Shown: positions 50,034 through 62,977, numbered from the stretch's first letter. The stretch is 64,000 nt of DNA from Felis catus (GCF_018350175.1 NC_058368.1:232192001-232256000); one strand, 5' to 3'. The notes: a model not told the origin generated them from the letters alone. Numbers and translations are program-made.

Positions 50034-51687
50034 GGTGAGGATGATGTTGGTGATGGTGGTGGTGACGATGACAGTGATGATGGTGGTGGTGATGATGATG
50101 ATGATGGTGATGGTAGTGATGATGATGGTGGTGGTGATGGTGATGGTGGTGATGATAGTGGTCATGATGATGATGGTGGTGGTAGTGGTGATGGTGCTGC
50201 TAGTGATGGTGGTGATGATGGTGGTGATGATGGTGATGATGATGATGGTGGTGGTGATGGTGGTGATGGTGATGATGATGATGGTGGTGTTGATGATGGT
50301 GATGGTGGTGATGATCATGATGGTGGTGGTGGTGGTGCTGGTGATGGTGATGATGATGATGATGATGGTGGTGATGATGGTGATGATGATGGTGGTGGTG
50401 ATGGTGGTGATGGTGATGATGATGATGGTGGTGATGATGGTGATGATGATGGTGGTGGTGATGGTGGTGATGGTGATGATGATGGTGGTGATGATGGTGA
50501 TGATGATGATGGTGGTGATGATAGTGATGATGATGGTGGTGATGATAGTGATGATGATGATGGTGGTGTTGATGATGGTGATGGTGGTGATGATCATGAT
50601 GGTGGTGGTGGTGCTGGTGCTGGTGCTGGTGACGGTGATGGTGATGATGATGATGGTGGTGATGATGGTGATGATGATGGTGGTGGTGATGGTGATGGTG
50701 GTGATGATGGTGGTCATGATGATGATGGTGGTGGTAGTGGTGATGGTGCTGCTAGTGATGGTGGTGATGATGGTGATGATGATGATGGTGGTGGTGATGG
50801 TGGTGATGGTGATGATGATGATGGTGGTGTTGATGATGGTGATGGTGGTGATGATCATGATGGTGGTGGTGGTGGTGGTGCTGGTGATGGTGATGGTGAT
50901 GATGATGATGATGATGGTGGTGATGATGGTGATGATGATGGTGGTGGTGATGGTGGTGATGGTGATGATGATGGTGGTGATGATGGTGATGATGATGGTG
51001 GTGGTGATGGTGGTGATGGTGATGGTGATGATGATGATGATGGTGGTGATGATAGTGATGATGATGATGGTGGTGATGATAGTGATGATGATGATGGTGG
51101 TGATGATGGTGATGATGATGATGGTGGTGATGATAGTGATGATGATGATGGTGGTGTTGATGATGGTGATGGTGGTGATGATCATGATGGTGGTGGTGGT
51201 GCTGGTGCTGGTGACGGTGATGGTGATGATGATGATGGTGGTGATGATGGTGATGATGATGATGGTGATGGTAGTGATGATGATGGTGGTGGTGGTGATG
51301 GTGGTGATGATGGTGATGATGATGATGGTGGTGATGGTGGTGATGATCATGATGGTGGTGTTGATGATGGTGATGGTGGTGATGATCATGATGGTGGTGG
51401 TGGTGGTGCTGGTGCTGGTGCTGGTGATGGTGATGATGATGATGGTGGTGATGATGGTGATGATGATGATGGTGATGGTAGTGATGATGATGGTGGTGAT
51501 GATGGTGGTGCTGGTGATGGTGATGATGATGGTGGTGTTGATGATGGTGATGGTGGTGGTGATGGTGGTGATGATGATAATGATGGTGGTGGTGGTGGTG
51601 ATGATTATGATTATGATGGTGATGGTGGTGGTGATGATGATGATAATGGCGATGATGGTGATGGTGGTGATGATGGTGACGGTGGTA
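50034..51687. repeat. About 1.65-kb compound trinucleotide array (ATG/GTG)n, equivalent to (CAT/CAC)n
   Basis: Seen directly. Triplet phase is unbroken across the array. Confidence 0.97.
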
Positions 51688-52000
51688 ACAACATCTCGTA
51701 CTTTTGAACATTGTAGAATTCTGACTAGCTTTATTCATGACCTCAAAAAGCTCACAGCGGCACATTTAGTTGTTTCCCCTGTATCTTAGGATAAGTATAC
51801 ATATTTCAACCAAAATTAATCACTTGATTTAATTAGATACTTGCTGATGTATGTTGATGGCTTGTTTTCTCGTGTGCAGGCTAAAATCTAGTTTCTTGCA
51901 ACTAGTTCCCATGTCAATCCCTAAGGGCCAGACTCGCCTAAGCTTATGTCTCTTGTGGGTACGGCTGCCTCTCTGCTGACCTTTGGGTGTGTGTTTGCAG

Positions 52001-52118
52001 TGCCTGCATTGGGGCCCAGGACCCTTACTGTGGCTGGGACATGGTGATGAAGAAATGCACGAGCCTGGAGGAGAGCCTAAGCATGACACAATGGGAGCAG
52101 AGCACCTCCACCTGTCCC
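52001..52118 (+). CDS. SEMA5A: Semaphorin-5A internal coding exon (118 nt, phase 2 to 0), PSI domain: SACIGAQDPYCGWDMVMKKCTSLEESLSMTQWEQSTSTCP
   Basis: Acceptor gtgtttgcag| and donor |gtaagt. PSI signature C..AQDPYCGW. Frame is continuous. Confidence 0.97.
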
Positions 52119-54048
52119 GTAAGTGCGCGTGTTCCCCGGCCTCAGAAAGCCCCGCCCTTGGGCACTCAGCTGTCTTAAATCCTAACCCACACGTCGGTGG
52201 TGGCCATGCATTTGGGATCTTTCTCGCACACCCAGTGCTCTCTCAACTCATTCAGCTCTTAGTTTCCACCAGAGCCACGTGGGATGTTGCCATAAGCTTT
52301 TTTGTCTGCTTTGCAGAGAAATACTTGAAGAGAAAACACTGTTGATTTGGAAATGGGATGTAGTATCTCTGTCTCATTCTTGGATTTTCTCTCCAGAGAT
52401 TGGTGTGGACTATTTTGCCCTTTTTAGCATGAGTAAAATAGTGACTTCCACACCCATCAATTTCCCTTGGGAGCTATAATTCTAGAAACTGAGATAAGTA
52501 GAGCTTTTGAAAAAATAAAGTAAAGGATGCTACTATTGGACACCAGGCGGGACAGTCTTCTGGATCCTGCCCAGGGTCCCGGGAAGGTCTGGGAGAAACA
52601 GCACGATGGCCATTCCCGCTGTGAACCCACAGAAGGAAGAGAAACTCATTTCCATTTGGAGCTAGGTTTTCTGAATCTAGGGAGAAAACAATTTTCTTTG
52701 CCAATTTATCTCTTTGAGGCTTCACTTGTAAGAACCAGCTTAATTTTTTTTTCCCTTTGTCTTTACAACCCTAAATGCAGTGATCTCAGGTTCTTTTTTC
52801 TGTCCTCAGAGAATATGAGCAGGAACTGTTAGCCTCCATATATTTAAAGTGATGAAGTCACTGTGCTGTCACATAGCTGCTGATCTCTCTGACTGTCAGT
52901 TCGGGCGCACCTCTGCAAGGCAGAGGTGAGAAGAGAAGAGGCACATTCCGGTATCGGGAAGCCCACGCTGTTTTTCCGACGCAGATGTCCAACGCTGTTT
53001 CTTTCCTATGAAGGGACCTACCCTTTCCATCACCTAAACCACATATTCATGCAGCCTCTCCTTCCAGGGGAAGGGGAAAACCAGGCAGTGACATGGGGAA
53101 GGCTAGGATTAGTGAAACCAGCATCCTGTCCCAAATGTGGGCACGAGGTAGAAGCCTTTTACTGCAAAGGTGTGTGATCACCACCTCCAGGCTCTGAGCA
53201 GAGCTTTACAGATCAATTCGCCGCTAGTCCTTTGGGCTGTTTGGCCTCAAATTTTCTCACTGTTTCTTGAAATCGATTACAAAAATGCCAGTGTTTGTGC
53301 TGAGTTCTTTCTCGTTTCTGAATAACACTTTCAAAGCACAGAGATGCTCACCTTGAATCTTTGCAGCTGGAGAAAACAGAAATAGCTGAACTGTCGTTCT
53401 CAATTATGGGCGTGTCCCCCCCAAGAACCGGTGCATCTTCTCATAGATGTATGAGCCAGCATTTTAATGGCAAAAAGGGCAGAAGAATGTAGTAACAGTT
53501 CTTACAGGAACAGTTCTTCTCAAGCGGTAAGGCTTTCACTCCAAAACACGTGGTTTCGTGGAGATCTGAGACATGCTTAATTATGTGATGGAAAATCGTG
53601 ACACAGTCACCCACTAGGTTCACAACAAATACATGCGTTGTCTATTTCTACAGGAAAAAAAATGGACATGACCTAACATTTAAAAAGTGGCCAGCGGGTT
53701 GTTACGAAAGTTGTCACTGCTGCTGAGAGCGCAGTTTCTATTTCAGATTCAAAGAAGGTCACAGGGTGATACGGACTTGCCCTGATGGGAGGGCTGTCCC
53801 TTCACATCTCCGCTTTACAGAACCATCCCTGTTCTCTGTCTCCGTCTGTCTGTCTGTCTCTCTATATACATACATATATGTCTATATACAATATATAATA
53901 CATACACTTTTGATAAGAATATGCAAAGCCTCCAACAACAGACAGCAAGTTATGTCCCCTGGAGCGAAAGGCAGGACAGGAAGCTATGTAGTTGTCGGAT
54001 TTAGATAGGCTACCATACAGAATGGGGACTCCCGTAGACCCAACTACT

Positions 54049-54429
54049 TGTCAAAAGATAAACTGAGGCATATTAGTTTTAAGAGTTTGTTGAACAGAAC
54101 TCAAATCAGGCAGCATCCAACCCAACAGATAGGAGCTCTGAGGAGTCGTACAAAACAAAAGACTTTTACAGACAGAAATAAGTGGGAACGAGGAAGTTTT
54201 TCTAGGCAAAAAAGCAGGTGGCTTATTGCAAAGTTACTTTTCCTTAGTAGATGGCATGGGTCTATCAGTCAGAGGAGCTGGCTACTGCTGCTCAGGCATT
54301 TCCTGATTGGTTGAAGATTCCTTTTCTGGGAGAGCCAGCACTGTATGTAATTAGGTCAAATCTCAGTTTGGTGACATGGGACTTAGCATAAGAAATTCCA
54401 TTTTAGGTCTATAGTTTTGGTTTTTAACA
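54049..54429 (-). mobile_element. Probable ERV1-class solo LTR
   Basis: tgtcaaaagataaactgaggca...ctgattggtt...ttagcataag...ccattttagg...tttttaaca with TG...CA ends. Its left end is the reverse complement of a terminus like that of the LTR at 48520-48837. Confidence 0.6.
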
Positions 54430-54486
54430 ACTATAGTCATCGTACATCTCTTTCTAAAATTCTGTCTCTTAGAAAGAAATGAGCTA

Positions 54487-54700
54487 GGGGCACCTGGGTG
54501 GCTCAGTCGGTTAAAGCATCTGACTTCGGCTCAGGTCATGATCTCACGGTTCGTGGGTTCGAGCCCCCCGTCAGGCACTGTGCTGACAGCTCAGAGACTG
54601 GAGCCTGCTTTGGATTCTGTCTCCCTCTCTCTCTGTCCATCCCTCACTTGTGCTCGGTCTCTCTCAAAAATAAATAGACATTAAAAAATTAAAAAAAAAA
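54487..54700 (+). mobile_element. CAN-SINE
   Basis: Full length. Degenerate TSD ending gagcta. Confidence 0.92.
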
Positions 54701-54934
54701 GACACGAGCTAGATGAAAAGTATTAGCATTATGACAGAGAAGTCTTAGGTATTTTTAAAAGCTATTAAAATGTAATTTTGCTTCTATTTTATTTGTAAAT
54801 TTTTGACTAAAATAGAAGAAAGGTTTAATTGTATTGGCTAAATCTGTATTTCATCATTTCTGATACACCATTGGTTGTTTTTATTAAGAAAATAAATGTT
54901 GCCATGGACTGCAAGATACAAACTGATTTCAGAG

Positions 54935-55150
54935 ATATTTATATATCTTTATATTTTATATATTTATATATCTTTATATTTATATCTCTTTATAGATATA
55001 TAAATATCTATATATAAATATTTGTATAGATATTTAGATATTTATATATATATCAGTATATATATAGTGTATGGATAGATACATATATGTATACATATAC
55101 AGCAGTATATATATATATATAGTGTATAGATAAATAGATACTCACACATA
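54935..55150. repeat. AT-rich degenerate (TA)n tract
   Basis: Seen directly. Confidence 0.85.
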
Positions 55151-57044
55151 TACTAAAAAAACTTTGAATCAGTGAAACAGTTTTTTTTATCTACATGTCT
55201 ATATCCAAAAGAAATTAAGGTTTATAAGCTGAGTGGTTTTCAAATGAGACCAGAGCATCTTATATCCAATGTAAAAACCCAAATGATCGCTAAAAATGGA
55301 GACCGTTTTATGGGGAGCTCACATAATGTGGACGACAATGAGGGTAATGCCAGTCTCTGTGGGAAACTACCCAGTCAGTCTTCACAGATTTCAGACCAAT
55401 GACGTAGCAGAGTTGAGTTCCCCAGTCAGTGTTGCATTCAGAACATGGACAGATCGTCTGCTCTCTAGAGAGTTCCACTGGGTGATGGACCCCTGGAAAC
55501 CCTCCCAGGGTTTCCCCAGGGACTTAGTGCCAGAAAAGACCTATTTTCTATTGAAAGATCCCTATTTTAAAACATTTATGGATCTCCGTTGTATGGGAGA
55601 CAAGGCAATAGTGACTGACGTATCGATTAATTTCTGGTGGCTTACGTAATTATAATTGAAAACATTATTCTCAGTTTAAGAGATCTGAACTGCTTGAGCA
55701 AGATCTAAATTTACAGGTCTGGAGTGATTTGAATATTATTTATGTCCTGCATAACTTGCAGTGTTGCTTGATGAGGATATTGTAGTCTTAAGAATTGCCC
55801 TGAGCTTTATTTATGCCGAACACCGTCCACATTCTTTGTGGGTACCTCATTCCCGGTATACATCATACGATGAGTCCCCGTTCCAAAATCCATCGTGCAA
55901 TAACCAGCAAAATACGTATACTAAATAAGCACCTCGATGGCTTGCAATAGCTAGCTTCTTCCCAGGACACTGTGTAAATAGCACCTTTAGAGCAAAAAGA
56001 TCCTTTAGCACGGATTGAACCCAGAGCCTTCCGTTTACATAGCAGCACCGTGGACCAGAGTCTAAGGGGTTGATAGAAGATTCTAAAACTACATTGGGAA
56101 AGAAACCAGGACTGAATCCGGTGCTTCTGACATTATCCTCAATCTATAAGACAATGACATTCCCAGCTGTCAACGTCTCCCCAGAGCAGTGGCTGATGGG
56201 TTCACCCAATGACAGGTGACCCGGTGGTCACCTTGCATCTTATGCTCAGATAGCCGGTAAGGCATTGTTTCTGAATTTTGTAGTGAAATCTACTGTAAAA
56301 GAAGGAAAAGGGAGCTAAGGTTAATTGTGTGTCTACACCATGTGCTAAGTGGCGTGTTAGGCCATTTCAGTGGATTATCTCATTGGATATGCATGATCGC
56401 CCCAGGGGTAAGCATCACCGCTTCCGTTTCATGAGTGGAAGACCTGTGGCTCCGAGGCAATAAAGACTGTCCCTATCTGTCTATGTGACTAAGAGGTCAC
56501 ATGCCGTTCCCGCTTAGTCCTCTTCAAAGGTGCTCTCCTTCCCTCGTGTAATTCACTCATGGGGAGAGACTTAGGGAAATTAAGTTGATGTTGTAACATG
56601 GAGACAGTCTGTTCCAAGGGGCAGATCCAATATCCTGGTTTGTTACCATCTCTGACCAAAGGTGCGTGAAACTTTGGAAATGCACGAAGGAAGATCTTTT
56701 GACTTCTGAAAAAACATCCCAGTAGAAAACAGAAGAGTTCACTTGAGTTATAAGAGAATAATGGTTGGAGTACAGCAAGACCTTACAGGCACACTCCATG
56801 GATTTCTGTACCCATCAAATGCATCTACATGCTTGGTTCCTTGGGAATGAATGAGTTGAACATGAGGGATTTAAACGTGGGATTACAGGTTATGCTTGTT
56901 AGCAAAAATTGAATCTTACTTAGCTAGCACTTAGAAATCCATTATTTCCTAGGTAAAGGGAAATTTGCTATTATACAGTTATGGATAAATGTGTAAGTAC
57001 TGGTTTCCACACGACTCCCATCAGGGAAGGATCTAGAATCGCAG

Positions 57045-57265
57045 AATGAAGTGGCTAAGATCGCAGGCTCTTGATTAGTTTGTTTACACCGATTCTTGGG
57101 TCCCTTACAACCAGTACTGTGAATAAATTGAGCCTAATCTGAACCTCAGTTCCCCTGTCTATAAAATGGGATGTAGATACCAAGGACCTTGTGAAGATTC
57201 CAGAGTTAACACATAGAAATCACTCGTCACATGCCTGGCATCCACTAAAGTACCTACATGTGGTA
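57045..57265 (+). mobile_element. MIR SINE
   Basis: tctgaacctcagttcccctgtctataaaatggga...gtgaagatt...atgcctggca. Confidence 0.65.
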
Positions 57266-57989
57266 TATGCTTCACTATGGTTTAGTCGTTAATATCTTAT
57301 CAAACGAAGCACATACCTCAAAGAGAAAGTCGCTAGGCAGAAACCTGGAGATAGCACAACCACAGATAATATATTCTAGACAGCTTTATTTCTGATTTCT
57401 AAAGAAAACTAACAAAATACAAAAGGACGTGCTCGTATGGAGAAGGGAAGCAGCAGAACCCATCCCGTTATTCATGGATCTGTTCCTTAGGCAGATCCTC
57501 AAAGTAATGTACTGAGCGTCAAAAGGAGTGTGTGGTCGAAGTGGGTGAGAGAGCCACCCACTGCCCACGTGCTTTTCTGCGTGTTGCAAGTTCTTCTTGC
57601 TCCAGAAGTGAATAGAACCAACTGCAGCGGTCCTGGATTGAAAATCTGCCCTTCAGCATCTGCAGCTACCCCCACTCTTCCCCTGCGATGCCATCACCAT
57701 TTACTCTTACTAATGACTGGCTAGTGCTGTTCCTTTTACTTTCCAGTGTATATTTACTGCAATAACTATTCTATTTTTTTCTCCCTCATTCCACTCCATT
57801 CTTTCATTTACGGTCACTCGTGTCCAATTCTTTCTCTTTTTCTCTGTCGTCTTAGCTCAACTTTTACTCACATACATTTGGAAAGAGAATGTGTGTGGCA
57901 CCTCTTTGCCTAAAGACTGTTATCTTATGCCAGTGCCCAAACAGGGAAACAAAAGGATGTGTAGTGTGGGGGGTTCTTTCTTTCCCTTT

Positions 57990-58345
57990 GAGTTTTACCG
58001 TGATGTAATTGATACAGCTTTACACAGCACTGTGTGAGGTTAAAGTGTTCAACACAGTGACTTGACTTGCATATATTGTGTAATGATCGCCACAGAAAGT
58101 TTAGTTAACACCCATCATCTCATGTAGATACCCCCCCCAATTTTTTTTTCCCTTGTGAAAAAGAGCTCCTCTCTTAGCAACTTTCAAATGTCCCATCTAG
58201 TGGTGTGAACTCTATCCATCATGTCGTACATGACCTGTCCAAGACATATTTATCTTAAAACTGGAAGTTTGTACCTTTTTAAAAAAAAATTTACTTATTT
58301 ATTTGGAGAGAGAGGATACGCAGAGGTGGGGAGGGACAGAGAGAA

Positions 58346-58394
<49 letters not shown>

Positions 58395-59128
58395 CCAAAG
58401 CAGGCTCTGCACCAGTAACACAGAGCCCAATACCAGGCTTAAACTCAGAAACCATGAGATCATGACCTGCACCTAAACCAAGAGCTGGATGCTTAACTGA
58501 CTGTGCCACCCAGACACCCCGAAGTTTGTACCTTTTGACCTCCTCTTTCCCCTAGTTCCTCTCTCCCCCACTCGATGCATCTGACAGCCACAAATCTTAC
58601 CCCTTTTTCTATGAGTATGGGCTCTTTTTAGATTTCACTTGTATCGGATATCGTAGAGTACCTATCTTTCTCTGTCTTATTGCATTTAACATAATGCCCT
58701 CAAGGTCCATTTATGTTTTTCCACATGGAAAGATTTCCTTCTCTTTGATGGCTGAATAGTATTCATATATTTTATATACATACGATATATATGTGTGTGT
58801 GTGTGTATGTGTGATATATACATGTGAGATATATATATATGAGATATATATGAATTATATATTATACATATATGAGGTTTATGAGATACCTCCTATATAT
58901 TTTTATATATACTATATAAAAGAGTGGTATATATAGCACATTTTCTTTACGTACTCATCCTTCAGTGGACACATAGGTCGTTTCCATGTCTTGGCTGTCA
59001 TAAGTAATGCTACAGTGACTGTGGGGGTGCCACTAACGCTTCAGCGTAGTGATTTGGTTTCCTTCAGCTCTAAACCCAGAAGTAGAATTGCCGGGCCATG
59101 TGGTAGTTCGCTTTTAGCTCCTTGAGAA
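57990..59128 (-). mobile_element. Old L1 3' region (L1MA/L1_Carn-like) interrupted by a SINE and a (TA/TG)n tract
   Basis: ctcttagcaactttcaa...ataatgccctcaaggtccat...atggctgaatagtattc...gtggacacataggtcgtttccatgtcttggct...aacccagaagtagaattgc. Confidence 0.8.
58280..58520 (-). mobile_element. CAN-SINE, older subfamily, with (GA)n
   Basis: Perfect 16-bp TSD gaagtttgtacctttt. Confidence 0.92.
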
Positions 59129-59129
59129 A

Positions 59130-59330
59130 TAGTGGTTCTTAACTGGGGGAGATTTTGCCCCCAGGGTCATCCAGCAAAGTCCATAGAAACTTTGGTTGTC
59201 ACAACCAGGGCTGGGGGGCCACTAGCATCTATAGTGGGTGGACAAGGGAGATCACGAATGCACAGGGCAGCCCCCACGACAAAGAATCCTCTAGCCCAAA
59301 TGTCAATAGTGCTGAGGTTTTACAACCCTG
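59130..59330 (+). mobile_element. MER20-like hAT DNA transposon
   Basis: agtggttcttaactgggggagattttgcccccca...ttggttgtcacaac...tgcacagggcagccccca...cccaaatgtcaatagtgctgaggtt...aaccctg. Confidence 0.8.
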
Positions 59331-62300
59331 GTCTCATGGACAGAAAAATGCTGACCAGTATTTCCAATTATACCCTCCAAATTGTGAGTCGGGCAATCTT
59401 TGGCAGGTTATAAAATTTTCTTACATCTACGTTTGCTTTTTCTGTAAAAATCGTAGGCCTAACCAGAATTAAATTCCTTGTGAACAGGGTCTTACAAAGG
59501 ACCGGTTCTATCCTCCAGCGATGGGGAAGCAGCAGTTTCAGGAGTGATTCTGATGCCCAGTTTGGGGGGGCCGTGGGTGAGCAGCTCTCTTATTTCCTGG
59601 CCTGCTTCTCCACAGGGGCACCAAGCAGCGAATTCTCACATAACAGTGTCTGCAGCAGAGAGAAAGAGAGAATATTCTGCTTTTATCTGGAGGAAAGTCA
59701 TTTTTGGACTCCTCTTTCACTCTCCTCTTGAGTCTCCTTGACCAGAATCTGGTCACATGTTCTTTCGTGGGCCCAACACTGGCCCAGGTGAGTGGGGTTC
59801 CCATGACAGCCTTAGACCCTCCTGCTAAGCGCACGGCTGGTGATGCCAACCCAGCCCTCCCACAGTTACCTACTGTCTCCCCGGAATGGTAAGGAATGAT
59901 CCCCATGATGAATGCAAAACCCCTTTTATTCAAAGTGATTCTTTCATAGAAAACCATCCACCCTGGTTGGTGTTCTTGCCCTTTGGGCTGAAGAAACAGA
60001 TTCTCAGATTCCCTCCAGGACTGGAAATTAATTTCAAGAGAGCGTATGAATTGGACAGGAACCTCAAAGTTGTCGGGAAACAGGCAATGACTCTGACTCC
60101 TCCTCTCCGTGTCTGTCTGTCTGTCTGCCTGCCTGTTTCTGTCTCACTTGTATCTGCCCTATATTGATTTCACTTCTAATAACCCTACTGATGAATTTAG
60201 CTCACATGACGTTTACCTTGGTTGTGGGTTTGACTCATGACCGTGAAGTCTAAATATGTTTCCATCACAATCTGCCCTCTTTCAACATTCTGGATGATTT
60301 CTGTCTCCACGAGCATTCCTTTGTCATGATCACAGTGGATTTCTCCTGGCCTCATCAGTCTTCAGTTTCTCCATATTCTGTGGGTTCCAGGTTTCCTCAA
60401 AACCTCCTGTAGCTAGAGAGACCCTAACAGTCTCCGTGCCTATTTCTGTCATATGTTAGACAGCGAAACATAGACGAGGTTTAGAAACATAGAGGTTTAG
60501 AAGAGAGGCAAATGGAAGGGACCAGATGGCTCACAGAGGGTCAGTCTCCTGACAGTGCTCCGTGCTGGCCTTCATCCCCTTCCCCAGCCACTCTCTCCCC
60601 CATGGGCCTGTCCTTCCCCACTTCCAGCTTGCCCCCCACCCAGGCTTGGGTTTAGATAGTGGGAGACTTGGGCAGGAGCAGAGACACTGGGGTATGTCTT
60701 CCTTGCCGTCTTCCAGCCTAGGCTGCAGCCCTGTCAGGCTGCCCTTCCCCAGGCTCTGCCTCACCCAGCCCCCATAACCCCCTTCTTCTCTCTCTCTCTC
60801 TGAAAGGCTGAGGACAGTTACAGGTTTGGATTAAAAGGCACACGGGGATTTGTTTGGATTTAAAGGCCCGTGAGGGGATTTGTTAGCTTGGGTTCCATGT
60901 TAAATCACAGTGAAGGCAACAACTGATCCCTCTCTACCTACATGAGAGCCCTTTGGGGCCGAGGCAAGAGGGTGAGCTGGTCAGTGGTACTGGAGGGACG
61001 TGGGAACTCCCAAGTGGCAGGGCCTTTGCTGCTTTAAGAACATTTTGGTGGGAGTGATTAGTGGCTTCAGTCAGCTTGTCTTATGGGGCTCGGTTCTCTG
61101 AGAAAACACTGAAGGCTCCAGGGAAACTTACGGTCAGAGTACGAGCTGCATTTTTATCCTGACCGAAGCTGGTCGTGGACCTTGGAAATGGGGACTTTTT
61201 CCTCTTGGGAAAAATCTGCCTCTGAGTGTTCACTGTCACTGTCTGTCTGGGTCAGGTCCAGTGAGTCACCTCGAATCCAGCTCGATTCCCTCCTCTTTGC
61301 TTCTTCTGGAAAGAGCCCGGCATGGTAGGGAATTCTGGATGTTCGTCCACCTAGTGGACATAAAAGGTTAGAGTGCTGACAAGAAAGCGGGAGGCAGAAA
61401 GTGAAACTGTGGCAGTTGGAGGTGACGCACCAGCCACGTCAGCGCACGCGGACACGTTTCATGTGGACTCCGTCCTACCGTACTTGGAGAAGTGACGGAA
61501 CAAAAGTAAAGCTCACCTGTGCTTTCCACGCGCAAAATACGGCACTGGCACTTTTCTGAAATGGGGAGGTACAGGGACAGTTCGTGGCCTGGAAGGAACG
61601 ACCTGCCTCGTCCGTGGAGTCCTGTCTTGCGTGGATGATGAGGCTTCAAACGTGTCACGACTAGGGTAGGGCAGGAAGGAGCAGCTGGGAGCAGCAGAGG
61701 GGGAAGTGAAAGAACGCAGCCACGTACCGTCCTCTTCGTGGGTCGCGCTTTCTAAGAAATACCGACGTCGCCATATTAAAGTTAGGAGGTTTGGACTGTA
61801 GGCCTCCTTCCGGCCGTTCAGGGTCAGGCTGCTTTTTCCTGCAGGGTGACTGAGGACTCGGTCCCAGGACTCACGGACCACCCTGTGGCTCTATTGTCAG
61901 AGGTGACCTGAGGTCGTCCGGTCGTCCAGTCGTCCGTGTCCATGGGGAGCCCCGTCCAGCCAGGCGGCAGCGGGCACAGTCCCCAGCGGCCTTCCCAGGT
62001 CGGGCGTGCTGGTTGGACGGCCCCTTCTAGGCCCGCACACCCCTCTCAGTGCTCAGAGCCCCTTCCTTGCCCCGACTCGCGGGAGTGGGTTCCTGCCAGG
62101 CCCTTCCTTGCTGACAGGTTACGGTGTGGCTGTGACCGGGACATGCCTATCGGCTACTACAGTCCTGGCTGCTTCAATAGGCCAAAAATTCAATGTTGGC
62201 AGTTTGCGCTGACATTTGAGCTGGGCCAGGTCTTAAATGAAACGAATTGGCCAATCTTTCTTCTACGGGACATAAAAATTCAACAGAGTTGCACATCTGT

Positions 62301-62591
62301 GATTTCTCACTCCAGTTCTGGTCGTTCCTTGGGTTTCTCGCATTAGTGGACAATTCTGTGGTCGGCTGATGGCCAAGCCCTTGGCTTCCTTCACTCCCCT
62401 CCCCCGTCGCCCCCTCCCCCTCTCCCCTTCCTCCCCTCCCTTCTTCTCCATCACGGCCCCCACCAATGACCTCGGCCGCCTTACTTTGAAATCCCTCCCT
62501 GTTCATCCCTCTTGAACTTTAACATCAAAATATTCTCAACGTGCTCTGATTGTACTGTGAGAGACCTTTCAGATTTTCTCTCTGTTTACAG

Positions 62592-62598
62592 CCCTAAC
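62592..62598 (+). promoter_or_regulatory. Likely branch point (CCCTAAC) for the TSR exon acceptor
   Basis: Matches yUnAy about 37 nt upstream of the AG and is followed by an AG-free pyrimidine tract. Confidence 0.55.
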
Positions 62599-62633
62599 CC
62601 TTCCTGACATCCTCTCTCGTGTCTGCTTCCTAG

Positions 62634-62815
62634 ACGAGGAATCTCACCGTGGACGGGCACTTCGGCGCGTGGTCTCCGTGGACGCCCTGCACGCACACCG
62701 ATGGCAGCGCCGTGGGATCCTGTCTGTGTCGCACCCGCTCCTGCGACAGCCCGGCCCCCCAGTGCGGAGGCTGGGAGTGCGAGGGCCCCCGCATGGAGAT
62801 CGCCAACTGCTCCAG
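62634..62815 (+). CDS. SEMA5A: Semaphorin-5A internal coding exon (182 nt, phase 0 to 2), first thrombospondin type-1 repeat: TRNLTVDGHFGAWSPWTPCTHTDGSAVGSCLCRTRSCDSPAPQCGGWECEGPRMEIANCS
   Basis: Acceptor gtctgcttcctag| and donor |gtgtgt. TSR motifs WSPW..C, R.RSC..PAP..GG..C.G. Sema+PSI+TSR architecture defines class-5 semaphorins. Confidence 0.97.
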
Positions 62816-62977
62816 GTGTGTCCCTCCCGACACTGGTGCCCTCCCCCATGTGCGAGCGGACCGTAGAGCAGGGGGGATGTCGTCTTCGGTGTGCATCTCC
62901 CTTTTTCGGGAGGGAGGTGGCAAGGGACAGGTGCACTTACCACTTAAAAGTTACGTGATCTACTGAAGGAGGTGTGG

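Noticed and set aside
49902..51789. Long ORFs: 584-aa poly-Met/Val (+), 495-aa poly-Ile/Thr (-) and 337-aa poly-His (-)
   Set aside because: By-products of the ATG/GTG array, which lacks stops in those frames. No domain content, promoter or exon structure, and the region is intronic.
55490..55521. Short GC hairpin ccctggaaaccct-ccc-agggtttccccaggg
   Set aside because: Too short and imperfect to call; likely chance or a DNA-transposon scrap.
1969..62815. Assignment to SEMA5B or to a pseudogene
   Set aside because: Peptides match recalled SEMA5A (CGTVDQGLY, LEESLSMTQWEQS, THTDGSAVGSCLC). All splice sites are canonical and the frame is intact across the four exons.
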